Positions 48,097 to 59,322 of a stretch of DNA of 64,000 nt are shown here, in pieces. The number at the start of each line of letters is the position of its first letter. Within the stretch, counting starts at the first letter, position 1. This DNA is from Strigamia acuminata. Lineage: Eukaryota. The notes under the pieces were generated by a model, which did not search any database, had not been told where the DNA came from, and saw only the letters and a list, made by a program, of their open reading frames with translations. The stretch covers positions 7,440,001 to 7,504,000 of the forward strand of contig OX442314.1 in the NCBI GenBank assembly GCA_949358305.1. The letters run 5' to 3'. A program made the position numbers and the translations under genes.

Positions 48097-51000
48097 ATTA
48101 AAACAGACCCATTCGATTTCTCGGAATTTTCAGATGATTTATTTGAATTATCTGGAAAGGATCAGAAACCCCCACCAATTGAACTTGCAACCCAATTAAA
48201 TAAGGAACTATTCAAGTGGGACGACTTGAACCTTGATTTAATTCCTACAACGGAACGCGCCAACAGTAATACTGGTGGCGTGAGGGAAGGAATCGATTCA
48301 ATGACGAAACAATTGGAGGGACTCAGCATCTTCAACCACGGTGGAAAATGGAACGTGAAGAAGTTCAGTAACCTTCGACGTTTAGACCAACGCGGAGTTA
48401 CGGAATTTGTAAAAACACTGACTGACCGACATTCTGACGACCCTCGTATGAGAGTTCAGATTGGAGGTTTGAAGTTCAATGCTCTAATGGACTCTGGTGC
48501 AACCCAGTGTTTCATTGGAATGCAACTTCTATCTCAAACCAATGCAGAACCCGATTATATCCAAGAATGTCCTCGGGGAATGCGAGTTTGTGCAGTAGGA
48601 ATTAGTCACGTACCACTTGGACAAATTACACTTTGTGTCAAGTGGGCAGGCGGACTAAAATATACACCAATCAACTTTATTATCCTGAAACATGGAGTAT
48701 GTGATCTTATCATTGGTCACAACTTCATGCGACGCGCCGGAATTGACCTGAGAGCTAAAAGAGGATCATTCACATGCGATTCCATGCCTGGATGGTCGGC
48801 TCCCTACGAAACTAGAGAGTCCGACTGTGAATTGGCACGTATCCGTACACTCGATGCTAATGGCGCCGAGACTCACACGCCTGCTGATTGGGCTGAAAAG
48901 CTTGTCGCAGACTGTGATAGTACGGACGAACGTAAGGACCAACTAAAAGCTGTCATTTTAGCAATAAAAGACGTTTTTAGGGACAAAGTAGGTTGCACCA
49001 ACTTAGCCAAGCATAAAATCACTTTGAAAAAAGATGCGAAATGGCGAATCCAACCTTATCGAATGTACAACCCGGCCAAGAAGGCCATAATGACGGAGTT
49101 AGTCGAGGAGTTGGAGGCCGATGATCTAATCGAGCCTGCAACTGGCCCGTACATCAGTCATCCTGTGATAGTAGCCAAACCAAACGGCAAATACCGTTTG
49201 TGTATTGACTACCGTTGGCTTAACGCCATTTCAATACTCGACACAATACAAATGCCTAGTATCGACCTGTTAATCCACAGTACGAATAAGGCCAAGTATT
49301 TCACATCATTGGATTTAACTCAGGGATATCATCAGATGGAAATGGAAGAGGAAGACAAGTGTAAAACTGCTTTCTACACACCGAAGGGAAATTATCAATT
49401 TAAAAGGATGCCCTTCGGTTTGTGCAACGCACCCTGTTCCTTCCAGAACTTGATGAGCAGAGTGATGGGTGACTCGCTGCATAAGCATGTCCTCGTCTAC
49501 TTGGATGATTTGATCATCTTCTCCCACTCCTGGAAAGAACACTTGGACCACATAAAGGACGTGTTAGAAAAGCTCCAAAAAGCTAATTTAACTATCAACA
49601 AAGCCAAATCAAAATTTGGAAGAACTTCACTAAAGTTCTTGGGTCATTATATCACACCGGAAGGTTTGAATGCTGACCCCGACAAAATCAAGTCAGTCAA
49701 GGAATTCCCCGAACCCACCTGTTCAAAGGATATACAGAGGTTTCATGGTCTGTCCAATTTCTTTAGGAAGTTTATTCCTAATCATGCGGATATCGCTAGA
49801 CCACTCACCTCAATCATGCATAAAAATGCTGCTTTTGTGTGGGGCAAGGAACAGAAAGAGGCATTTGCAAAAATCAAAGAGATTTTGTGCGATAAAAACC
49901 AAGTTCTACATATGCCTGATATGTCAAAACCTATGGTAGTAATGACTGACGCGTCCCATACAGGGCTCGGTGCAGTTCTCTGCCAGGATGTCGAGGTGTT
50001 TAACGAAAAAACACAGAAAATGATGATGGTCCCAAAACCCGTTGCTTATGCGAGCCGAGTTTTACGAGGGGCTGAAGAACGTTATTCCACTCCCGAACTG
50101 GAATGTTTGGCAGTTGTGTGGGCAGTTGATCGCTTCCGCCCATACTTGGAATACACGACGTTCACGCTGGAGTCGGATGCGCAAGCGTTGGGTTGGCTAA
50201 TGAGAACGCCAGAACCATCCGGCCGATTTGGTCGCTGGGCAGTGAAAATCCAGTGCGGAGCATTCAAGATTGTGTTCAGAAAAGGCGCCCTGAACCAGGT
50301 AGCCGACGCTCTATCAAGAGCGCCGTTATCTGCAATGGATACGCCTATTACCGATTACATTGAGCCGGTAGAAATTAACCAATTCTATCCTCTATGGACC
50401 GGTAATAAGAAGACTCAAGTCATTCCAGTTGAAGGACGACGTCACTTTCTAACAAATGTGAATATTCGTTTTAACGATTTCTCCGAATTAAATGAAGAAA
50501 ATTCAAATAATTCTGGAGAAAAGGGGGAAGTGAATGAGAAAGGCAAAACGAAACATCAAACAACAGTATTTAGTGCATTAACCGATGTACTAAATCAAGT
50601 TCCCCCAACCCGAGCTGAAATAATCGCAGAACAATTATTGGATGATGATTGTAAAAAGATTATGGCCCACTTGAAGTTAAGTGAGGAAGACCAAGAATTA
50701 GAGACAGATCTAGACTGGCTAAATACCATAGCTGGATACTGTTTGGATGAAAGTGGGGAGGACGGCAGTAAAATGCTCATTTTCTTTCGTCCCACCTTTG
50801 AAGAGGAGTTGAACGACTCCGGAAATGGGTTTAAGGCCGTGATCCCTAAATCTCTTGTAAGAAGAGCTTTATTTGCCTGTCACGGCCACCCCCTTTGTGG
50901 ACATGCAGGTATGAGCAAGACTCTGGAAAGAGCAAAGCTCATTTATTACTGGCCAAAGATGACTAGGGATACGCGCAACTATGTCCGTGGTTGCCCGCAT

Positions 51001-52320
51001 TGCCAGCAGTACAAGCCAAGCCAGCACCGAAAACATCGAGCGGCTTACACGCCGCATAATATGACGAATCCATGGGAAACCGTGAGTATCGACTTGATGG
51101 GCCCCAAGCCCGCTGGTCGATCGAAGTTACAATGGATATTAGTGATAATAGACCATTGCACCAAATGGGTTGAAGTATTCGCGTTGACAAAGGCCTCTAG
51201 CGAGAGCATTGTCAACAAGATGAGTGACGTTTTTCATCGTTGGGGTTACCCCAAAAAGATATTGTCGGATAATGGAAGACAATTCGTGTCCACCGTCTAT
51301 AGTGATTTTTGTAAAAAACATCACATAGACATGGCACATGTCAGCCCCTATCATGCCTCGGCTAACCCGACAGAAAGGGCTAACCGTGACTTGAAGATGA
51401 TGCTGGCAATTTATTCTGATGTGCACTCTCACTGGCCACGATTCTTGAACGAATTCGCGTTTGCCACGAGAACGGCCATCTCAGATGCAACTGGATTTAG
51501 CCCAATGATGCTGAACACGGGTAGAACGGTACCACTACCATTCGATCCACGTATAGTGGAACACGGGGTAAAGTTTGATAAAAACAAACCCGAAGAATAC
51601 GTACATGGCATTCTGGATGTGCTTAGAAGAGCACATCAAGAAATGCACCGGAAAATCCAGGAGAATTATGTCCGACATGACAAGATTCACCGCAACAAAT
51701 ATCACATTTGTCAGTATGCTGTTGGCGATCTAGTCTGGAAAGCTACACATATTTTGTCAAATAAAGAAAAGGGAATCACCGCTGGTTTCGCCGAAAAGCG
51801 AGACGGCCCCTGGGAAATCACAGCAGTATTAAAAGGAGGCTCGTATTCATTACGAAAAGTTGCCGATGGATCAATTGAGAAATCAATTAATATCCAGGAT
51901 TTGTCACCTTATATCCCGTCATTTCCGGTTGAAGCTTGGTCGGAAAACCAAACTGAAGGCAGTGAGGGGATTCATCCAACCCCAAATTGGATGGACGAAC
52001 ACTTCCCTGTCTCGCAACAGACAGAAGAAGATGTTGTCCCTATGGAAACGGAGGATACAGTCGAAAACGATACCCTCCAACCCACAGACGAGGCAGTCGA
52101 GGAAGTTATCGAAAATAACGAACTCGAACATATAAAACGCCGAAATAAAAAATTATTACGAGCTGAAAGACGTTCTAAAAGAACTCCTAAGCCTAATCGA
52201 CAATTTAGCGATGATTTCGTGCAAAAAATGCAGGAATTAAATATTTCGGAAAAGAATATTTATTTCACAAAGCATGCACACCTCTACTTTGAAGAGACGA
52301 CTCATCCATGCTATTTTTAA
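48055..52320 (+). CDS. pol: Gypsy B pol (PR, RT, RNase H, integrase), intact
   Basis: ALMDSGAT; RLCIDYR, MPFGL, YLDD; MTDAS..ELECL; HGHPLCGH..CPHC; SIDLMGP..SDNGRQF..TERAN; DGPW. Confidence 0.97.
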   Translation, partial: KKLLRGVEPTISAPIKTDPFDFSEFSDDLFELSGKDQKPPPIELATQLNKELFKWDDLNLDLIPTTERANSNTGGVREGIDSMTKQLEGLSIFNHGGKWNVKKFSNLRRLDQRGVTEFVKTLTDRHSDDPRMRVQIGGLKFNALMDSGATQCFIGMQLLSQTNAEPDYIQECPRGMRVCAVGISHVPLGQITLCVKWAGGLKYTPINFIILKHGVCDLIIGHNFMRRAGIDLRAKRGSFTCDSMPGWSAPYETRESDCELARIRTLDANGAETHTPADWAEKLVADCDSTDERKDQLKAVILAIKDVFRDKVGCTNLAKHKITLKKDAKWRIQPYRMYNPAKKAIMTELVEELEADDLIEPATGPYISHPVIVAKPNGKYRLCIDYRWLNAISILDTIQMPSIDLLIHSTNKAKYFTSLDLTQGYHQMEMEEEDKCKTAFYTPKGNYQFKRMPFGLCNAPCSFQNLMSRVMGDSLHKHVLVYLDDLIIFSHSWKEHLDHIKDVLEKLQKANLTINKAKSKFGRTSLKFLGHYITPEGLNADPDKIKSVKEFPEPTCSKDIQRFHGLSNFFRKFIPNHADIARPLTSIMHKNAAFVWGKEQKEAFAKIKEILCDKNQVLHMPDMSKPMVVMTDASHTGLGAVLCQDVEVFNEKTQKMMMVPKPVAYASRVLRGAEERYSTPELECLAVVWAVDRFRPYLEYTTFTLESDAQALGWLMRTPEPSGRFGRWAVKIQCGAFKIVFRKGALNQVADALSRAPLSAMDTPITDYIEPVEINQFYPLWTGNKKTQVIPVEGRRHFLTNVNIRFNDFSELNEENSNNSGEKGEVNEKGKTKHQTTVFSALTDVLNQVPPTRAEIIAEQLLDDDCKKIMAHLKLSEEDQELETDLDWLNTIAGYCLDESGEDGSKMLIFFRPTFEEELNDSGNGFKAVIPKSLVRRALFACHGHPLCGHAGMSKTLERAKLIYYWPKMTRDTRNYVRGCPHCQQYKPSQHRKHRAAYTPHNMTNPWETVSIDLMGPKPAGRSKLQWILVIIDHCTKWVEVFALTKASSESIVNKMSDVFHRWGYPKKILSDNGRQFVSTVYSDFCKKHHIDMAHVSPYHASANPTERANRDLKMMLAIYSDVHSHWPRFLNEFAFATRTAISDATGFSPMMLNTGRTVPLPFDPRIVEHGVKFDKNKPEEYVHGILDVLRRAHQEMHRKIQENYVRHDKIHRNKYHICQYAVGDLVWKATHILSNKEKGITAGFAEKRDGPWEITAVLKGGSYSLRKVADGSIEKSINIQDLSPYIPSFPVEAWSENQTEGSEGIHPTPNWMDEHFPVSQQTEEDVVPMETEDTVENDTLQPTDEAVEEVIENNELEHIKRRNKKLLRAERRSKRTPKPNRQFSDDFVQKMQELNISEKNIYFTKHAHLYFEETTHPCYF

Positions 52321-52848
52321 AACAAGATAGTGTAAATGAGTCATCAACCAATCACAGAGCTCGGTCTAAAAAATAGACACCTGCTTTGAGGTTGACCTGT
52401 GAACTCACTCTCGTTAGTTCCACTACAGCTGACACATCGCTTAACAATTGGTCATCTCGTGAAGTTTTCTGTCAACGCGAAAAATCGGGTAAATTGTGAG
52501 TGAACTAATTTACACGAGTCTCGAAAAAGACAACTTTTATTCGGTTTTATTTTAGTTAAGAGGTTTGCCCAAACTTCGTAGCTAAACCACGTGGGTTTAG
52601 GCCCGGAAAACTTCGTCTCGTCGAATTTATTCGACAGTCACCGACACCGGACGTTAATAAACGCTCTTGTTTGGACAAACAACGAGGTTTTTTCGTAAGT
52701 TAAATTTATTCAACGATAAATTTAATTAATATTTCCGGAGTTTTAAAATTTAACCGAATTTTAATAGGAAATTTCGTACGGACAACATTAATTACGTCAG
52801 CAAAGAAAACGTCAATTTTTCCACGGATTTACGAGCAAAGATTCAACA

Positions 52849-55429
52849 ATGAGTGGTAAAGTGTTATTTTTGTATGATAAAATATTCAAATACACCGCCA
52901 TTAACTCGAGAAGTTATCTAGAAAGATAAAACTCGCCAAGTCATGTTATAAAGTACAGGAAGTTCTCACTAGAGGGTGTTCGCCACCCTTTGAACACGTA
53001 TCAGGAATCCAGTATCTGAATTATCGTCTTTTAATCGATTAAATTAAATTGTTAAATTTATTAGTCGGTTAAAGGACAATATTTATGATATTACGGACCT
53101 TTCCGAAAAAGGAAAATACGTAAATTAAGCTGTTCAATGTTCGATTTAAATATTTAAACTCAACCGTTTAAAAGTATTTGATTGTTCAGTGTTTCGCAAT
53201 AATGACGGACAGGGCATTAGACAAAGTAATTCACCTTACTTCGCTAATTAACATCCCAATGAGAATAATCGAGAAGAACGAATTGATATATTTACCTCAA
53301 AATAAATATATCAACGTTTAGGCGGTTTATTTGAATTGATGTATTTATTTTACGATAAATACATTAATTATCGGTGACTTGTTGGTATTTATATGTTTAT
53401 GTCACGATAAATATATTAAGTATCGGCAATTCATCTGGATTAGGTTATTTTTCGATAACTTTAATTCATTTGATGTGATTTCTCGAATTTAGGAAAGGAT
53501 CGAGGGCCACGTAGGTCACCTAATAAACGTCGCCACGTCCATTACGATCACTCGTCGACGTCAGGCGATTCAAGTCCCGACCGCGGTAGGCCGCCCCGAA
53601 ACGAGGAGACTTCCAGGTCTGATGGCTTTCAAGCTGTATTGGACTGGGCCAAGGCACGAGGAAAGGAGTTACCCGACTACCTGAGGAAATTGTTAAAGTC
53701 TGCCGAGTCAGCGGGAACCTATTCTTCCGGCAGAGAATGTGCTCAGGCCATAATGGATTGGGCCAAAGCGAGGGGAAAAGAATTGCCCGACTACCTGAAG
53801 AAGTTAGTGAAATCAGCGGAAGCTACGGGAACGTCCTCAAAGGAAAACACGCTTCAAGTCACGATTAGAGACGAGTCCTGGAATCGGCCTTCCACTTCTG
53901 CGTCTCATTCCTCGCACTCCAGGGAGAGAAGCAGCCGCCATGTTCGTAGTGACAATCACCCGTACCGTCCGCATTTCCATTCTGAGAATGAACCACCACG
54001 TCCGTTGACTGAACAGCCACGAGTGGTCTATCATTACTCGTCGCAAAAGCCAGCTCGAACCAATACGAGTTCCAACTGGACGGAATATCGACCAACCCAG
54101 TATCGCAGCAGCCATGTCACTCAGAAAAAGAGAGAGACGAAAGCAGCAGCAAAGCCAGTTCCAGCCAAAACCACGCCGATCCTCCCTAAAGAAAAATTGG
54201 ACGCAGCCACCACCGCAATCGTAAAGGAACTGAAGAAGGCCGCACCAATCGAGGGCACCAAAGCAGAGCGCAGAGAAATTGTGGAAAAGGCCGTTAACGT
54301 CATTCTTCCAAAATGTCGTCTCCCTTACGATGAACGTGTGGAGGTTACGTGCCCGTTTTGCAATGGCGGAGGCTGGGCGATAGGAATCGTGCAAGGATGT
54401 CATGCAATGCTGTGCCCGAATTGTTCCGGGTGGAAAATTCGTGAGAAAATCTCGCCGTGGAATGACAATGTCCTGCCTTACGTGGTGATGGGGACCTCGC
54501 AGCCTGGACCCCGTATATGGTCCACCTGCGACCCCTGTCAAGTGATTCACTCCCATTTAGGAGAGGTGATCCTAGTAGACCCACGGTTCATCGTAGACAA
54601 TCACCGACCCGGCGGTTACGAGGTTACCACTTGGACTCAGGACGAGGTCCGGATGCTCGCCAATTTAAGCTTAAAAGCTAAAAAGGCAAATGAAGAATTG
54701 GAAGTGAAGCAAGCGGCACAACTGGCGATGACTCCGGTCACCGAGGCAACGATCCAATGCGGAGCCACTCAACCAACTGAGACGTCCAAGACCCCCACAC
54801 CGGTGGAGTCTCCCAAGACGATCACACCTCCACCAGGCCCACCAGCTAAGAAGTTGCCGGCATTAAAATCGGTTGTGACGGCGTATCCTTTCGTGGTTCC
54901 GGCAGGCATCACAAATGAACACGCGGCCGAGTGCGAGATTGATCACTACACTCCCATCATCAGGGAAGCCGCCTTGGACATTTTCCGACGATTGAACCAG
55001 AAGCGCAACGTTTATTACCAGTTGCCCATTTTAGTTATGAGATGGATAATGAACCCGTTGCGTACCGAGCCCTTCCCTGTGTTGGAACACATATGGGCGC
55101 GTTTGCTCGAACGTGTGAGCCAACTTCCCGCCGCCATCCATATCCGCGCAGATTGGAGTGTCGAGCTACCAACGGCTGAAGAGGTGTTCAAGCAAGAACG
55201 ACAAGCCAGGGACCCACCAATTGTTAGCTTGCGCCCGTTACCCGACGGATTTGCCGCCAGAATTGGTCGACCAAGTACGTCGAGAGGAATTTCCCCGAGT
55301 GTAGAGACCCCGCTGCCGAGAAGTTCGTCGGAGGACTCGACCAAACTTATCATTGACGAGAGCGCCGACCCTGAAGCAAGCCAGAAGGACGGGGAAAAGG
55401 AAGATGGTCGCCAGAGCCCCGTCATCTAA
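52849..55429 (+). CDS. Gypsy B ORF3, predicted spliced (52849-52855 + 53493-55429), ~647 aa, unknown function, Cys-cluster protein
   Basis: caacaATGAGTG|gtaaag ... gaatttag|GAAAG gives MSGKDRGPRRSP in frame with the 596-aa ORF. Contains a duplicated DWAKARGKELPDYL.KL.KSAE and CPFC..CPNC..CDPC. No signal peptide or TM segment. Confidence 0.72.
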
Positions 55430-56150
55430 AAAGAGAAGTTACGTCCACGCAACACGTCGTGTCGGACGATATTCGTCAAGTTGAGTTTTTTAGCCTGTTC
55501 AGGCGATCAAAACAATTGTTCTACGAGATCGTGTTGTGTCCATTCCTACTAAAACGAACTAATTGTTAAAAAACTTATGGTTCTCCACCGTAATGTGCAA
55601 CTAAAGAGTTGATACATTTCTTAAACCGAACTAATTTTTGTAATGAAACTTTTTTTCGTGTTGTTTTCTACAGCCCAGAGGGGTGAATAATTTGAAGAGT
55701 TTGTTTTTTCAATTTAAGTTGAACAAAATAATTTAACTGTGATACTTTATTTTTTCATTTTAACAAATGTGACTTTAATCTTTGTAACCCGAAAATTTTA
55801 TTGATACAGATAACATTATATTATTTAACGATAATTTATGTGTGTTTATTTTTCAAGAAATTAACAAGTTTTGAAAGAATAAATAGAAAAACTTTCGTTT
55901 GAACATTTAATAATTTGGTGATTATTAAAGACTATTTCGGAGTTTAACGTGATGAATAAGTCCTGATGAACTATTATATATTTTCGTACGAGGATATATA
56001 ATATACGAGATGAACTATTAAAATTATATACGGAAAAATATAAATTTCATTAGTTAGTACATGCGTTAGTTGACCCTAACTGAAGAAGATTTGTCATATA
56101 TCGCAGTGAAGACGAATCAAGAGGGAATATTTTAAGATATGCCCCTTGAT

Positions 56151-56160
56151 AAGGGGGATG
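56151..56160 (+). promoter_or_regulatory. Polypurine tract of Gypsy B
   Basis: aagggggatg directly before the 3' LTR; same ending as the Gypsy A PPT. Confidence 0.85.
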
Positions 56161-57861
56161 TATGACGAACACGGTATTGTTTATGCGATATCATGCCAAA
56201 TCCCACCGATAGATGGCGCTGACGTCAATAAGCGGCAAATTCGAATAGAATTTGTCACTTGATGTAAAACCACATAAAATATAACTTTTATGTGATTTTA
56301 AGACAGAGAATCGACTTTATCTTATATTTATGGAAATAAATACAGATATTATGTTGTTTTGTGGTAACTCTGCAAAGTTACCTCAAAAACTAGGTTTAGG
56401 GGATTAAATCTCCCCCTCGCACCTGCTCCAAGCGTGGACCCCCGCGGATCAAGTTGAAAGACTTAATCCAAAAGTGTTCCTCGCTATCCAGTTCCTGTCC
56501 CGACCTAGCAGAGAGCTATGGCCTGAGTATCCAGTTCCTGTTGACCACCTGGACTGGAAATGTGCTCTGAGTATCCCATCACCTGGACCAGTGATTGGGG
56601 GGATTTGCAGGACCATTGCTCTCATTGGAGCAATGGCCAAGCTATTGTTTTCCCCGAGTATATACTTCCTCGCAACAGGAAGTAGCTCGCTCTTGACCAG
56701 ATATTTGACTATATGTTTTCTTGAGCCCATTCTACTACTCCGGTTGTCATGTTGATTGCGCAGACACTTGCTTGTCTGTTGATTGCGCAGTCAATGCCCC
56801 TTATACTGCGGGCCTATGACAACCTACATACGGCGTACACTTGACGTGGAGATGGGTGATATGATGCCTCCATGTCCGGGTGCCCGATGACGGCTGTGTG
56901 GCCGTGAGGAGATCAGGTCGCGGCGATGAGTAGTAAGAATCCCGTCGGGCCGGATATAATTCAACAAGTGTTCCACAAGGCCTGCCAGTTACAGTAAACC
57001 ACGGCTGCCGAACAGCGTGTCGAAAATGTAACATTAGGGTTGAAATAACTAAACTCGGAAAAGTTTAGTTAGATTAAATCCCCAGCTAGTTTATGTCACA
57101 ACTCAACATTGTGCATAAACACGGATACTTCTTCCAGAACTGTACAAAACTGAAGACTAGCTACATTAGCATTTACTTGCCAGTAAATGTGTAGCTAAAT
57201 TGCCAACTTTATGTAAGCAGAATTATTACGAGTATTTACTGAATAAGTAATACTCTAATAAATACATCCATTACACGGAACCAGAAGTTATGATTGTAAA
57301 CTTGCAACAGTTTACTCTCGTATGAAGAACCATTTGACGTATCACACCAATTATAGATGTCTTAAAACATCTATAAGAGGTCAATTGGTAAATGGCTCTC
57401 ACAAGCCATTTAAACCAATAACCGCCCCAAGTTTGTGGCGATGCAGATACAGTCAACCGGAAGTCCTCGGATACTAACCCTTTCATTACAGATTCGAACC
57501 AGGACCAAATAATCAACCGATTCAGACGACATCTTACCAGGACGAAGCCGATTGATATTATTATAGCGCCGCACAGGCAACTATATGTATAGTTTAATCG
57601 AGAATTCCTTTGGCCATTTGTCGGCATAGTTATTGTGTAACTATATTTTATGCAAATTGATTAATATAATCACTTTACGGTGATTATATTTAGATATCAA
57701 TAAATATGTTATGTCTTGATAACCGCATGTGTCATTATTTTACCCAGTTCACACTTTAGGTTTTGTCAATCCTATCTCTCAACTACTGAATAGATAGACT
57801 AGCTTGTTATGCCAAAATACACATTTTGAGCGGATAGCGTCATCGAAAGGTCATCGTCACA
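56161..57861 (+). repeat. Gypsy B 3' LTR
   Basis: Direct repeat of 35682-37382. Confidence 0.95.
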
Positions 57862-59122
57862 ACGTAAAAAAATAAAAAATAAAAACCACTGTTTCACTTA
57901 TCCCATGTTTTGCTTCATACCAGCATACGGGTATAGATTTTTTGAGCGAGATTTCAAAAACCTGATAAACCCATGCCCAACAGCGTGCAGTTAAAAGCGG
58001 GATAATACGGCCCAACGTCGGCATTTGTTCATGTTTCGTTTATTTTTTTATATTGTATTGACTGGGATATTCACGCTCGTGAATATGTACGGTATAAACA
58101 AATTACCGCAATAATAACGTTGACGATGGCTCAACAATGAATCAATATGCTTTTTAAAACTGGGTTTGCTTGATAAACAACTGAAAGACGTAAAAATGAT
58201 GTAATGTATAGTACTCACAAAAGTGGAAAAGAAACAGTTTCTTTACACGAAAACTCAAACGTTGCAAATAAATTTGAGAGACGTCTCGTCTGTTATAAAT
58301 AATGATTTAGTTTCATAGCGTGCCAGAGAAAATTGATTGTAAAACTAATTATTAAAATGGAAAATAATTGTGACTGATATGGTCTTCGCTAGGGCAACTA
58401 GGGGACTAATTACACTGGTGTGGGACGCATACTCACGTAAATAACGGAAACTCCCACAATATTGGTTGGTTGACCTTTATTGCGTTGTCTAGGGGTATGG
58501 GGAATCCCGTTACCCGTTGTAGGGGTGCCACGAAGGCACGCCGCACCGGCAACCGGCCCGTCACACACTGGGCGTGAGCGCAATGGGTAACGTGGTCGGT
58601 TCAACATTACATTCATGTCGTACGTACCTACGACCCGCAGTGGCCACTCATGGAGGCTGCACTATGGACTCCACCATAGTACTGAGCATCGCTGTGGTGA
58701 ATGGGAAGGAATGCAGAGTCCTCACAGCCGGGACACGTCTTGTCCCCTCTAATGATTTAATTTCATAGTGTGGCAGAAAAAATTGATTGTAAAACTAATT
58801 ATCAAAATGGAAAATAATCATGTTCACTTTTAATGATATACGACGTTTCAAAACAACCTCAAATTCAATTAGGGTAAGTAGACTTTACTATAGCAACCAA
58901 ACAGAGAACAGTCGATTCTGAACTGAGCACAGGTAGACATCAAACAACTTTCCTTTATCATCTTCACACTAGGGTTGTTAACGAGATTTTTTTCCTCAAA
59001 ATTGCGCTGCGGTTTTTATAAAAAGCAGCAACACGATTAACTGCAAACCGCAAAAAACCTCAAATGTGCAAATTTTATTTTATTAAAAAAAAATAAAATT
59101 AATTTTTATTTTTTCTTCTTGA

Positions 59123-59322
59123 NNNNNNNNNNNNNNNNNNNNNNNNNNNNNNNNNNNNNNNNNNNNNNNNNNNNNNNNNNNNNNNNNNNNNNNNNNNNNN
59201 NNNNNNNNNNNNNNNNNNNNNNNNNNNNNNNNNNNNNNNNNNNNNNNNNNNNNNNNNNNNNNNNNNNNNNNNNNNNNNNNNNNNNNNNNNNNNNNNNNNN
59301 NNNNNNNNNNNNNNNNNNNNNN
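59123..59322. other. Scaffold gap (200 N)
   Basis: Run of N. Confidence 1.

Larger units (their letters stand above)
35682..57861 (+). mobile_element. Full-length Ty3/Gypsy LTR retrotransposon B (gag, pol, ORF3) with a nested Copia
   Basis: Paired 1701-bp LTRs at offset 20479; 4-bp TSD ACGT (35678-35681 and 57862-57865); PBS and PPT present. Confidence 0.97.

Noticed and set aside
53639..55429. ORF3 (and 7145-9388) as env
   Set aside because: No N-terminal signal peptide, fusion peptide or C-terminal TM anchor in either protein.
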